Source of the DNA: Mustelus asterias
Taxonomy: Eukaryota
Direction of reading: 5' to 3'
Length of the DNA stretch: 64,000 bases
Assembly: GCF_964213995.1 (NCBI RefSeq)
Contig: NC_135823.1
Location: forward strand, 68,076,001 to 68,140,000
How positions within the stretch are numbered: the first letter of the stretch is position 1; every line of letters begins with the position of its first letter. Under the pieces are notes generated by a model that was given only the letters and a program-made list of their open reading frames with translations, ran no database searches and was not told the DNA's origin. Shown here one piece after another: positions 25,415 through 38,658 of the stretch. The translations under genes and the position numbers were made by a program.

Positions 25415-28400
25415 TCACAGAATTGTTACGGTGCAGGAGGAGGTCACTTGGCCTATCGTGTCTGCATTGGCTCTGCAAATGAGCATCATGACTTAGTGTC
25501 ATTCCTCTGCCCTTTCCCCGCACCCCAGCACATTGTTTCTTTTCCAATAATCACCTAATGCCTTCTTGAATGCCTCAATTAAACCTGCCTCCACCACAAT
25601 TCCAAGCAGAGCATTCCAGTCCTGAACCACTCGCTGTGTGGAAAAGTTATTTCTCTCATCACATTTGCTTCTTTTGCAAATCACTTAAATTGATGCCCTC
25701 TCATTCTTGATTCTTTTATGAGTGGGAGCAGTTTCTCCCTATCTACTCTTTCCAGCTCCCTCATGATTTTGAACATCCCTATGAAATCTCTGCGTTCTTC
25801 TCTCCAAGGAAAATTGACTCAACCTCTATTGTCATAACTGAAGCTTTGCATCCCTGGAACCATTCTTGTAAACCTCTTCTGTACTCTCTCCAATGTGTTC
25901 ACATCCTTCCTATAGTGTGGTGCCCAGAACTGTACGCAATACCCCAACTGTGGTCTAACTGGTGTTGTATAAGTTCAGCATAATCTCCTTGCTCGTGTAC
26001 TCTATTCATTAATAAAGTCCTGAATACTATATACTTCATTAATTGCTGTCTCCATCTGTCCTGCCACCTTCAGTGATCTATGCACATATAGACCTAGGTC
26101 CCTTTGCTCCAGCACTCCCTTAAGAATTTTACCCTTTATTTTATATAGTCTCTCCCTGTTCCTCCTGCCAAAATGAACCACCCCACACTTTTCCACATTC
26201 AACTTCGTTTGCCACCTATCTGCCCACTTCACCAACTTGTCCAACTTGAAACTATGCTCTGCACAACAAGCTGTAGATCATTAATATATGTCAGGAAAAG
26301 CAAGGGTCCCAATACTGATTCCCTGGGGAATACCACTACAGCCCTAAAAATACCCACTGACCATTACTGTCTGATTCTTATTATTCTGTCAAATTTGTAT
26401 CCACATTGCGACTGTAAATCCGTTTGTCTTCCTAATCACTTGCATTACCTGCATACTAACCTTCTGTGATTCATTTACAAGGACAACTAGATCCCTCTGG
26501 ATCCTTTAAATAGCATATTACTTTCCTATTTTTCCTGCCAAAGCGGTCAAGTTAACTTTTTCCCACACTAAACTCCATCGGCCAAATCTTTGCACACTAA
26601 TTCACTCGCTCAATCAATCATTTATCCCTTTGTAGAATCTTTATCTGCTCTTGACAACTTTCTTTCCTTTCTATCTTGTTGTCATCAGCAATTCAGCTGC
26701 CATACATTCAGTCCCTTTATCCAAGTCATTGAGTCATAGAGGTTGACAGCATGGAAACAGGCCCTTCGGCCCAACTTGTCCATGCCGCCCTTTCTTTTTT
26801 AAAGTCCCTAAGCTAATCCCAATTGCCCGCATTTGGCCCATATCCCTCTATACCCATCGTACCCATGTAACAATCTAAATGCTTTTTAAAAGACAAAATT
26901 GTACCCGCCTCTACTACTACCTCTGGCAGCTTGTTCCAAACACTCACCAGCCTCTGTGAAAAAATTGCCCCTCTGGACACTTTTGTATCTCTCCCCTCTC
27001 ACCTTAAACCTATGTCCTCTAGTTTTAGACTCCCCTACCTTTGGGAAAAGATATTGACTATCTAGCTGATCTGTGCCCCTCATTATTTTATAGACCTCTA
27101 TAAGATCACCCCTCAGCCCCCTACGCTCCAGAGAAAAAAGTCCCAGTCTATCCAGCCTCTCCTTATAACTCAATCCATCAAGTCCCGGTAGCATCCTAGT
27201 AAATCTTTTCTGCAGTCTTTTTAGTTTAATAATATCCTTTCCATAATAGGGTGAGCAGAATTACACACAGTATTCCAAGTGTGGCCTTGCCAATGTCTTG
27301 TACAACTTCAACAAGACATTCCAACTCCTGTATTCAATGTTCTGACCGCTGAAACCAAGCATGCTGAATGCCTTCTTCACCACTCTGTCTACCTGTGACT
27401 TCACTTTCAAGGAGCTATGAATACGTACCCCTAGATCTCTTTGTTCTGTAACTCTCCCCAACGCCCTACCATTAACTGAGTAAGTCCTGCCCTGGTTCAA
27501 TCTACCAAAATGCATCACCTCGCATTTGTCTAAAACTCCATCTGCCATTCGTCAGCCCACTGGCCCAATTGATCAAGATCCCGTTGCAAATGGAGATAAC
27601 TTTCTTCGTTGTCCACTATGCCACCAATCTTAGTGTCATCTGCAAACTTACTAACCATGCCTCCTATATTTTCATCCAAATCATTAATATAAATGACAAA
27701 TAACAGTGGACCCAGACTGACCCCTGAGGCACACCGCTGGTCACAGGCCTCCAGTTTGAAAAACAACCCTCCACAACCACCCTCTGGCTTCTGTCAAGAA
27801 GCCAATTTTGTATCCATTTAGATACCTCACCCTGGATCCCGTGAGATTTAACCTTATGCAACAGCCTACCATGCGGTACTTTGTCAAAGGCCTTGCTAAA
27901 GTCCATGTAGACAACATCAACTGCACTGCCCTCATCTATCTTCTTGGTTACCCCTTCAAAAAACTCAATCAAATTTGTGAGACGTGATTTTCCTCTCACA
28001 AATCCATGCTGACTGTCCCTAATCAGTCCTTGCGTCTCTAAATGCCTGTAGATCCTGTCTCTCAAAATACCTTCCAACAATTTACCCAGCACAGATCGAT
28101 ATAGATTGTAAATAGTTGAGGTCCCAAAACTAATCCCTGTGGCACTCCACCCCTGTTATAGCTTGCCACACTGAAAAGGACTCTTATCCCTGCTCTGTTA
28201 CCCCCTATACCATGAGCTTTTTTTCTCTGTAGCAACCTTTGATGTGGCACTTTATCAAATGCTTTTCGGAAATCCAAATACACCACACCTATAGGTTCCC
28301 CTTTATTTGTGTTGCTTGTTACATCCTCAAAGAACTCTAATCTTTTAATGAAATACCATTTTTTGTCTTCCTGATCCCAGTATGGTTTTCTCAGGATTCT

Positions 28401-28520
28401 GCTGTACCTTCCTTACTTAATAGATTCATGCAATTTCCCTCTGACAGATGTTGGGTGAACTGGCCCATAGATTTCTGCTTTTTGCCTCCCTCCTTTCTTG
28501 AAAAGTGGCAGTTATCTAGT
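25415..28520 (-). mobile_element. Cluster of CR1 LINEs: older copies at 25415-26350 and 26400-28520
   Basis: Multiple RT and C-terminal ORF pieces (WADRWQ, YLDFRKAFDKVPH, TQRVV). Confidence 0.85.
26731..28096 (-). mobile_element. Younger CR1 nested in an older CR1
   Basis: ORFs 26886-28092 with RT motifs; the host sequence ccaagtcatt|gatatagattgtaaatag is rejoined on removal. Confidence 0.9.
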
Positions 28521-28899
28521 AACTGGGAAGCAAAATATATCTTGAGGTACTTTACACTGTGGGGTGACAGGGCGCGGGAGAGAAATTAGAAATATAGACT
28601 CGAATGAGCACCAAGCTGTGGATAGAGAAATTAGGAGGGTGACTGAAAGATTCAATGAAATGCTGGCTTTGAAGATTTTTAAAGACAGTATGTGGTGAAG
28701 GGTCCAGAAAGTAGGACTCGGGAGGTTTAACGCCCTGCTGGCAGTGCTTGGACCAATAACTAAGTTGGAAAACTAGCAGGTGCATGAGGAAGAAAGTTGC
28801 AGATATTGGGTGGGGTGAGAACATGGATGGAACCGACGATTAAAAAAATTAATCGTAGCCATGACATATTAATATTGCATTGCAATTGAAGAATGTAAA

Positions 28900-29285
28900 G
28901 AAGGATGAGGGGGGATCGAATTGAAACTTACAGAATACTGAGAGGCCTGGATAGAGTGGACGTGGAGAGGATGTTTCCACTAGTGGGAGAGACTAGAACC
29001 AGAGGGCACAACCTCAGATTGAAGGGACGCTCCTTTAAAACTGAGATGAGGAGGAATTTCTTCAGCCAGATGGTGGCGAATCTGTGGCACTCATTGCCAC
29101 AGAGGGCTGTGGAGGCCAGGTCATTGAGTGTGTTTAAGACATAGATAGGTTCTTGATCAATAAGGGAATCAAGGGTTACTGGGAGAAGGCAGGAGAATGG
29201 GGATGAGAATCATATCAGCCATGATTGAATGATGGAGCAGACTTGATGGGCCGAATGGCCTAATTCTGCTCCTATATTTTATGGT
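28900..29285 (+). mobile_element. CR1 LINE 3' fragment
   Basis: MRGDRIETYRILRGLDRVD...RRNFFSQ plus 3' stem-loop gatgggccgaatggccta. Confidence 0.88.
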
Positions 29286-30406
29286 ATTATAATTTTTCAC
29301 CATAACTTTAGAACAAAAACAGTGGAAAATTATTTGAAAAACAAAATTAGTGTCAGATGGATAGACAAACATTAAAGATTTCTAACTGGCGAAATATTCA
29401 TCTGGAGCCCTGGAAAAGAAAAATGTTCGTGTTAAGATAGACACTTTTGAAAAAAAAATTAAATTACGTAATGGAAATCAGCTAAACTAATAACTGTTTT
29501 TGGTTAAAATGCAAAAGTAACTTAATCTGTAATAATACATAGACCAAGAATGATACAGGTCAATTTTGGCAGCAAACATAAATACATTTTTAACACCATA
29601 CTCTCGGTTCAATTTTTACTTTCTGCAATGTATAAACGTTCTGTAGTGGAAGAATATTTTATGGAAGAGTTTAATAAATTTAAAGTAATTGTTCATGATT
29701 AGATATGTCTACTATTTCTGAATGCAAAATTCCAGCTGATGTGCATTTTAAAACTACTTGCTCAGAATGTGGTATTACATTTTAAAGCTATGAAAATATT
29801 TTGTATGCTGTATAATTGTATAAGTGCTACAGCAGTTGTATACCATGTGCAGATTAAATAGACAATATTAAACAAAATATTCTGTAAAGTAAGTACAGTG
29901 GCACAGCTTATTAGTTCTCCAGCATATGGACAGAGTGGCCTAACCAATGTGCCCTCGCAGCTGTGTAAAAATACAGAATGTACTGCACAGGCAACAATCA
30001 GGCTGTGCACAGCATTGGTCCCAAACCTGGTTCCCTGCTGCTCTTCCACTTATGAGTTCAGGATGAGGTTGCATCATCTGAAGACATGACACAGTAGATG
30101 TTACACATGGAGACATAAATTTTGACTTTGTCTGATATGGTAAAATGGGTGTTATAACTGTCAGCAGCCATTACACACCTCTCCTGATTTTAACAGCCAT
30201 TGAAATCAGTTGCAAATTAAGAGGGATGACCCATTTGCCAACTTCCTTTTTACTCCACTGCAGAATGTCAAGATCTACTGAGACTGATGGAAGAAGTCTT
30301 ACAGCAGAATTAGTCAAAATGCTCTCTCATTTACAGGTTCACAATATATAATTAAATCAGGGGGAAAATGAGCTCATATAACTCCTAGTTTTTCTGTATT
30401 TTTCAG

Positions 30407-30829
30407 GTACACCTTTGCATGATGAGCAAACATTTGACCTCAAGCATGTTCTGAAGGGCATTGACCCTAGCATTCCATTGGTGTTCATCAGTGGCAACCA
30501 TGATATAGGAAACGCCCCCACCCCAGACACTATTTCCGAATATTGCAAGAGCTGGGGAGATGATTACTTCAGCTTCTGGGTTGGGGGAGTGTTGTTCCTT
30601 GTGCTGAACTCTCAGTTTTTTCAAGATGCTTCCAATTGCTCTGAACTAAAAGAAGCCCATGACCTGTGGTTGGATCACCAACTTGCTGCTGCTGAACAGT
30701 CGAAAAGCAAACATGTGATTGTGTTCCAGCACATCCCTCTATTTCTCCAGAGTCCTGACGAGGAGAATAACTATTTTAACCTGGAAAAGTCAAAACGGCT
30801 GGATCTTTTGCAGAAATTTGAAAAAGCAG
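30407..30829 (+). CDS. CPPED1: Internal coding exon of calcineurin-like phosphoesterase domain-containing protein 1 (equivalent to human exon 3)
   Basis: Acceptor tttttctgtatttttcAG at 30405-30406, donor GTattg at 30830; 423 nt, phase 1-1, open frame (G)[38 protein letters not shown]...[21 protein letters not shown]...[11 protein letters not shown]...KFEKA(G). Metallophosphoesterase GNHD motif; peptide closely matches CPPED1 as I recall it. No other exon recognised in the window. Confidence 0.95.
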
Positions 30830-31012
30830 GTATTGTTTTTATTACGTTCATTCACTAACAAGCTAGAAAAGACTTCAGATCTGAAAACTCTAAATGAAAA
30901 TGTTTCCTCTTTGGTTGTGCAAAATTTACACTGTTCCTGAGGTGCGCTCCGTCATTTATAGGTGGGGAATGCTCATCTTTCCTGTGCAGGCTCTTTGCTT
31001 GGCTCAGCTGCA

Positions 31013-31300
31013 TGGTGGCACAGTGGTTAGCACTGCTGCCTCACAGCCCCAGGGACCTGAGTTCAATTCCCGGTTTGGGTCACTATCTGGATGGAGTCTG
31101 CACGTTCTCCCCGCATCTGAGTGGGTTTCCTCTGGGTGCTCCAGTTACTTCCCATAGTCCGAAAAACGTGCTGGTTAGGTGCATTGGCCATGCTAAATTC
31201 CCTCTCAATGTACCCGAACAGACGCCGGAATGTGGCAACTAGGGGATTTTCACAATAACTTCATTGCAGTGTTAATGTAAGTCTACTTGTGACACTCGTT
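31013..31300 (+). mobile_element. V-SINE with alternative tail
   Basis: Same structure as 893-1198. Confidence 0.85.
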
Positions 31301-33030
31301 AAAAAAACCTAAGGGCTCGGACCGGAAATGCCCAAAATGTCTAAGTCCCGCCCCGGGCCGGAATTTCCCACCTTTTCATGAGCGTAGCTGGAATTGGAAA
31401 ATTTGATTCTGGAGGGTTTGGGAGCTTAATGTAAAGTAGTTGCTGCACACTTAATATTTGGGATTGATCTTCCCATGGAAAGAACTGCTTCGAACAAAAA
31501 AAAGTTAATGATGTGTCCAGCTTCTGACATGTTAATTTGAAAAAGAAATCCTTGGGATCTGGAGACTTGTTTTTGCAACAATTTATGAAAAACAGATCAG
31601 AGGCAACAAAGAACATTGGTGAAGACCTAATTAATAGTAAGTGGTTAAAATGCATTTGAGATACATGGACAAGGCTGCTAGCTTTGTACAAGGTAACATA
31701 AAATTTGACAGTCTTGTTAATTTAAAGTTTAAAGAAAGGGAAGGTAAATCTGAATAAAGACTCATGACTTATGAGCAGATTCTTTAATGGATTTGGGTCC
31801 GCTGGGAACCAGAGTAACTTTAAAACTAATGTAAATTTAATAAAGTTGATGCCAGCACAAGACAGCAGAAGCTGTAAAAGCCAGTGTGTATATATCACTA
31901 CCTTTTGCTAAAGGAACAGCACACTGGTAATAATGATTTCCCCCAACTGGGCACTATATTGATTTTTGTGGACCAGACTGTCTGCTAGATTCCATTTTAC
32001 TTGCAGTCTTAGGATTTATTCGAGATAGCATTTGATTACTATTCCCAAGATGACTACTTTCATCTTTTACAGCATCCAGGAGCCATTCTGTCCACACCAA
32101 CATAGTTGTAAATTATAACAGGATTTCAATTAATTACATAACCTTTTGCAAGTTCAGAGAAAAGACAGGTGAAAACTACAGTGCAGTGCTTTGGAAATCT
32201 TAATGCATTGAAGTATAGGGTAAAGGTATCCACTACCCACTGAGACACATGAATTATACAAAGGTGCACATTGAAGACTCTTTGCTAACTGCTGAAACAG
32301 AGTATGAGTTATTTCAGATGATGTTGGTTCGACAGATTAAAATGGTTTGTTCCTTGGATTTAATTGGCAGCATTTTAATTGGCAAAAAACATTCAGTGCA
32401 GATTTTAAAAACCATTCATACTTATGACATATTATTTGAAATCTGTTCCCTTACTGAGCACTACATACATATGTGATACAATTTTATTCATGCCGCGAAA
32501 CCTCTACTTCCAAGTACTAATAACATTGTTGGTTTTGACACCCAAAGTGAAAAGTAGTTTGAAATTGATTATGGGAGTATTTATGAAATGGATGAACAAA
32601 AAGTAATATCATTCTTTGCATCAGAAGTTAACACACAAATCTGTGGAAAGGCAGAACTGACAGATTTCATCCAATCTACAGGGACAGTTACCAGTTCAAT
32701 GCCATTCATATGAAATGGAAATTAACACATTCTGAATGTTATGTTCTTGGGTTGACTTTGATATTTCTGTCATTCCTTTTGTACAGTGGTATTTGTTAGA
32801 AAAACAGTGAGGGCCAATTGGGATATTGCAAAGTATTAATTGCGCTGCATTTTAAAAATACTTTTGGATTCGTTGCAATTTATATCTTCAGGGTATCTTG
32901 TTATGTAAGACATCAAAATCATGAAAGAAAAACACATAGCTGTATACCGTACACCGAGTGAATACCGTACTTTTAACTTTTTCTACTTATCCCCCACTCA
33001 CGGCCCGTCCTACTCACCCCCTCCCACTCC

Positions 33031-33167
33031 TTGTAACACTACATTCTGCACCCTCTCCTTTCCTTCTCTATAAACGGTATGCTTTGTCTGTACAGCACGC
33101 AGGAAACAATACTTCTCAATGTATACTAATACATGTGATAATAATAAATCAAATCAAAAATCAAATC
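33031..33167 (+). mobile_element. Rex-Babar-like 3' UTR fragment
   Basis: tgtaacactacattctgcac...aataaatcaaatcaaa, as at 1645-1769. Confidence 0.75.
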
Positions 33168-34876
33168 TGTTCTTCACCCTTCCCGCTTGCCAACCTTCCC
33201 ACTTGCCACTTCTTTCACCTTTCTTTCCTCTCGCTGACCATTTCCTTTTCCCAAACCCTAGCTGTGAGCGAGGGAGTTAAAGGGGCAAACGGAAGAGAAA
33301 CATTGAATGGGAGGGAAGGAGCAAGTGTGGGGGGGGCAGCAAGTGGGAGAGAGGTGGCTAGCAGGAGGGCTGGAGAGTGGGAGAGAAACAGTGAAAGGGA
33401 GGGAGACAGCAAGTGGGAGATAGGTGGTGAGATAGCCATAGGAAAGACAAGTGCAAGCAGAGTAATAAATATCACTGGTTTAGTAAATAATTGCTGTGAC
33501 TTCCTAATCTTTGGAAAATGTTGGAGTAAACATACTTCAGAATGTGCTGCAATAACATGAGTTATTTATAAGCAGTACCAATAGATCATACAATTGGATA
33601 GTAATTTATACAGCTTTAACGAGCAGCACAATACTTTGCTAATTATCTCAGCAATACTTGACGTGGGTCAGAGTTCATAAAATCTCCAGTCCCATCTTCA
33701 GAAGACTTAGGACGACTATCTTCTACTTCCTTTCCATTTTGAAGATGGATCAAAAACAAAGGTAACTAGATGTATCTCACATTTGCCTTATGTTCATTTA
33801 AAACACAAGTAGCGCTTGTTGGCTAGAGATGTACCTCATACCTTTTGAAGTTAACATTGGAGATATTGTAAACAAAAAGATAGCAACTCAGTAATTTGCT
33901 TGCTTCAGAGGTCCACTAAATGTCCAAAATGTTAATAGGAAATATTCAAGACCTCAAAATGAATTGCAGCCTGCCAAATGGCTCCTGGATCCTAACACAT
34001 TTGTCACTTAAAATTCCTTTGAACTCAATCAACCGGCATAAATAAAGCAAGCAAGTAATGAAAGCCACAATTAAAATATTAACATTAAAAGGCACTCACA
34101 GTTGGTGAAGTAAGTAAGCCTTTCTTCCCATCTTTGGTGCTTGTTTTTATCTGTTTATTGCACCGTGGGAATTTCTGGAGTGCTTTTTAACTTTCTTTTG
34201 CCATTAAAATGTTACTATGTTAATGCCTACCTTCCTCATAACTTACAGGTTTTCTTCTTAAAAGGTTTCTAGTGCTGATGTTTATTTGCATTTAGTAATA
34301 TTTAGAAGTGGACAAGCCATAGTTACAGTCAAGAAATAGTTACAAAAATAAAACTATTTGTAATCCTGTTATGAAACTCCCTATTCACCACAATGTTTTA
34401 CTGCCTGAATGTTTGTACACGTTGTGGTTAAGTATTTGCCATTTTTCAGTTCTGTGTTAATATTTATTTAATTACAAATTAAAATATCAATTGTTTTGTT
34501 CTTTAAACCTTCTGCACTGTAGCACAGTAGCCACCATTTCAAAAATTCTTTATAATATAACACACACTTCGAAGGTCAAAGCATAGAAAATGTAGAGTTT
34601 CATAATGATGGAGAAAGAGTCCACTTAGAGAAATTGCTGGTGCCACGTTGAGAAGAGATGGAACTAAAAACTTCAAATTAACAATGATTGGCGGGAAATA
34701 AATTCTGAGGGATAAATGAGGAACTTTGCAAACTCAATCCAATCTGATAAGTTTATGTTTAACTTTGAAATTTAAAGGAATAAGTCCAGAGGGAGGATGG
34801 AAGTGCATCAAATTTATTTTCATCTTCCTCCCTTCCCAACTAGAAACTTGTGTTCACCCTAGTTACAGTTATTCCT

Positions 34877-35216
34877 TAGAATCCCTACAATGCAGAAGAA
34901 GCCATTCGGCCCATGAAGTCTGCATCAACCTTCCAAAAGAACATTCTACCCAGGCCTAATCCTCCGCCCTAACCCCGCGCATTGATCATGGCCAATCCTC
35001 CTAATCTGCACATCTTGGACACCTAAGGGCTAATATAGCACATATAGCCCAACCTGCACATATTTGGAGTGTAGGAGGAATCCGGAGCACCCGGAGGAAA
35101 CCCACGCAGACACGGAGAACGTGCAGACTCCACACAGGCAATCAGCCACCCAAGGCTGGTATTGAACCCGGGTCCCTGGCGCTGTGAGGCAGCAGTACTA
35201 GCCATTGTGCCACCCC
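34877..35216 (-). mobile_element. HE1-type V-SINE
   Basis: tRNA head, V core and CR1-derived tail (ggccgaatggc...tctgcattgtagggattcta). Confidence 0.88.
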
Positions 35217-35565
35217 TTTTTTTCACCATGGGTGACATACAATACTAAAATCATCCTCTGATATGTGTACTGGCACTAAATTGAAGGTTTCTGCAGATAC
35301 TGAAATTTATTTATGGTGCGTTGAAAACATACACTCTGCTAAATATGTTTCAAAGCTGATGTATTGTGATGGAGGTTGATCCTTTTAGCACCATCTGGCT
35401 GAATAGATACTATTTTCATTTGTACTACTACAATTCAACATTCAATTAAACATGATGTAGTATTCTTGATTTATAGGCAGCATGTATTCGTATATCTTTT
35501 TTGGTCTTGCACAAAGTAGTAGCCACTGTTTTCAATTATACGACTATTTGAGGATGATGCGCAAT

Positions 35566-36355
35566 GATTTGATTTATTATTGTCACATGTATTAGTACAC
35601 TGAAAAGTATTGTTTCTTGCACGCTATACAGACAAAGCATACTGTTCATAGAGAAGGAAACAAGAGAGTGCAGAATGTAGTGTTACAGTCATAGCTAGGG
35701 TGTAGAGAAAGATCAACTTAATACAAGGTAGGTCCATTCAAAAGTCTGACAGCAGCAGGGAAGAAGCTGTTCTTGAGTCGGTTGGTACGTGACCTCGGTC
35801 TTTTGCATCTTTTTCTCGACGGAAGAAGGTGGAAGAGAGAATGTCCGGGATGCGTGGTGTCCTTAATTATGCTGGCTGCTTTTGCGAGGCAGTGGGAAGT
35901 GTAGACAGAGTCAATGGGTGGGAGGCTGGTTTGTGTGATGGATTGGGCTACATTCACGACCTTTTGTAGTCTTGGGCAGAGGAGCAGCCATACCAAGATA
36001 CAACCAGAAAGAATGCTTTCCACAGTGCATCTGTAAAAGTTGGTGAGAGTCATAGCTAACATGCCAAATTTCCTTAGTCTTCTGAGAAAGTAGAGGCGTT
36101 GGTGGACTTTCTTAACTATAGTGTCGGCATGGGGGGACCAGGACAGTTAATCTGGACACCTAAAAACCTGAAGCTTTCAACTAATTCTACTTCATCCCCA
36201 TTGATGCAGGCGGGCATGTTCTCCACTAGCTTCCTGAAGTTGATGACAATCGCTTTCATTTTGTTGACATTGAGGAAGAGATTAATGTCGCCGCACCATC
36301 TCACCAGATTCTCTATCTCATTCCTGTACTCTGTCTCGTCATTGTTTGAGATCCG
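35566..36355 (-). mobile_element. Rex-Babar-like LINE, 5'-truncated
   Basis: NVNKMKAIVINFRK, FYRCTVESILSGCI, HPGHSLFHLLPSRKR, TNRLKNSFFPAAVRLLN; (AATCA)n tail. Confidence 0.88.
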
Positions 36356-36374
36356 GTGTTACGGACAGTGATTG

Positions 36375-36695
36375 GTTACACTATGGTTAGCATTGCTGCC
36401 TCACCGTGCCAGGGACCTGGGTTCAATTCCGGCCTCGGGTCACTATCTGTGTGGAGTTTGCACATTCTCCCTGTTCTGAGTGGGTTTCCTCCGGGTGTTC
36501 CCGTTTCCTCCCGCATTCCAAAGATGTGCAGTTTAGGTTGATTAGCCACGCTAAATTGCTCCTTATTGTCAGAAAGACTAGCTGGGTAAATACATGGGGT
36601 TATGGGGATAGGGCCTGGGTGGGATTGTTGTCGGTGCAGGTTCGATGGGTCAAATGGCCTCCTTCTGTACCGTTGTTATTCAACGATTATATGAA
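36375..36695 (+). mobile_element. HE1-type V-SINE
   Basis: tRNA head, V core and CR1-like tail. Confidence 0.85.
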
Positions 36696-38070
36696 AGAGA
36701 ACTGAAACCCTTTGTTTCCTTCCCTTTCTGTAATCAGTGTGTATTTTTAAAAGGAAGAGGTGTGTGTTTCTTAACCCCTGAGTGTCTGAACAATTTGAAA
36801 GGCCAGCAGCAAGCTTTCTATGAATTTATTAAGAGGAATAGTTATTTAGGTGTCCATCCTGAATGTGTAATGCTATGTCTCATTACTCACCATTCACATA
36901 CACATGCGCACGCACTCGAAAAAAACTTGTCAAATAAAATAGTGCATTTTTGTAAGTTATCAACAAAAGATAGTTCGTAATTTACGTGATTGGCTAGTTT
37001 TGACAAAAACATGCGTAGCACGCCTGGTGAAGAAGGCGTTTTCACTCCTATAGAGTAATCTAGGCGGATTCAGTAGTTGGAGTCGTATATCAGAATTGTT
37101 GTAGGTTTTTGAGAAGAGATGGATTTTGAGCAGGTTATTAAGTCAGTTACTTGTAGTTTCATCGGAATATAGAAAATATGAGTTGGAGTAAGCCATTGGG
37201 CCCATTGAGCCCGCCATGCCTTTCAACTAGATCATGGCTGATCTTTTACCTCAGGACCATTTTCCCATCATATCCCCATGTGCCTTGATATATTAAATAT
37301 CTAGAAATGGATTGATCTGTATCTTGAACCTACTCAATGACTGAGCCTCTGGAGACCTCTGGAAGTTCCATGCCTTTATGTGTGGTCCAACCTGCGCTCT
37401 ACATTCAGACATTGGAGGTCAGAGCTGCTCCGATAGGAAAGACTTAAAAGGTCTGGGATGAGCTAAAGATGAATATGACAGATTTTTTTCTTCACTTCTT
37501 AAGCACTTACTATTTTAAAGACATTGATTTCCCCCTCTGGTCCATCCATTACCTTTTTTTAAGCTAACCATTGAATCCAGCTAGGTCTTAGTTGGCAAGA
37601 TTTCCATAAGCCTTACAAGTACATAATGGGTGAAATTCCCATGGTAGTCCAGGAGCTACATCAGACACACTCCCTAGGAGAATCTGGAAGGATCATTTGC
37701 TCCTCTGAATCATGTTTTGATCCAAATTTCAGCCTAATCTGCCTGACTTTCAGTCTGGCACCCCATTGGAATTTTAGGCCCAAAGCAGCTCATCACATAA
37801 GAGCTTGGACAGTCAAATTCCACTCAACAGCAATTTTATTCTAACAATGTTGCATTGTAGAAGGAATACCTGCTTCATCCAAACACACAAAAAAATGAAA
37901 ATTTCCCTTATTAAATACAAATTTTGCATCGTGATGGAATGGCATTTTATATTGGGTCAAAATCCTGGAACTCCCTCCCTCGCAGCACTGTGGATGTATC
38001 TACATCATATGGACAGTGGTGGTTCAATAAGACAGCTCACCACCACCAACTTTTCAAGGGCAATTAGGGG

Positions 38071-38658
38071 GCCTAACTCCACTAGTCCTAGATCTTGTAC
38101 TGCGTCAGTCTCCAACTCTTGCTGATGAACAAATCCTTTCACCTGATGTCCAGCAAGTTTCAGGCACCCTGAAGATCATTTTTTCCCGACCTGATGGTTT
38201 CCAGCAGCAGTTGATGTTTGTCCAGGCATGCGCCCCTGGGAGCACAGGATCCTGTGTTAGAGCTGCTGAGAATGACACTTAACAAAAAGCACTGCATTTC
38301 TTTCTTGGAAAATGTAAATTTTAAAAATCTTTTAAAAAAATACTTTTCCAATTCAATCAAATCAAGTCCAATTCAGAGTCTCGACAAGTTGAGACATTTC
38401 CGATCCAAGCTGACAAGACAGGGTATGCGACCCTTTACCCTGTCTTGGGCCTGATCTACATGAGCCAAGCTGATTGGAGTAGGCAGACGTCTCCACCCCC
38501 AAGACTTGATCTCATTTGCATCTTAGCCAAAAGGCCGAGATGCCACTTTTTGAAAATTGCTTCATATGAAAATGAAGCTTAAATGCAACCCAATGGCCAC
38601 GACCAAGTGCAGCATTGGCAGACTACACTTGATCTTAGCCAAAAGGCCGAGAAGCGAT
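38071..38658 (-). mobile_element. Non-autonomous Keno/Tx1-like element headed by U2 snRNA nt 1-37
   Basis: U2 5' end, then a structured UTR-like segment, then a decayed Tx1-type ORF2 C-terminus (KEMQCFL.., TQDPVL, TNINCCW, NLL..., WRL). Confidence 0.65.
38622..38658 (-). pseudogene. RNU2: U2 snRNA 5' fragment (nt 1-37)
   Basis: Reverse complement ATCGCTTCTCGGCCTTTTGGCTAAGATCAAGTGTAGT equals vertebrate U2 nt 1-37; the rest of U2 is absent. Confidence 0.92.

Noticed and set aside
30401-30412. Recursive splice site at CAG|GTACAC
   Set aside because: Weak donor; the GT is explained by the split Gly codon.
30415-30858. ORF-track call as a complete 147-aa protein
   Set aside because: The TTG start and the IVFITFIH tail are artefacts; splice signals define an internal exon at 30407-30829.
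32958-33560. 200-aa ORF
   Set aside because: Runs across a Rex-Babar tail and low-complexity purine-rich sequence; no recognisable domain.
38622-38658. Functional U2 snRNA gene
   Set aside because: Only nt 1-37 are present; no Sm site or 3' stem-loops.
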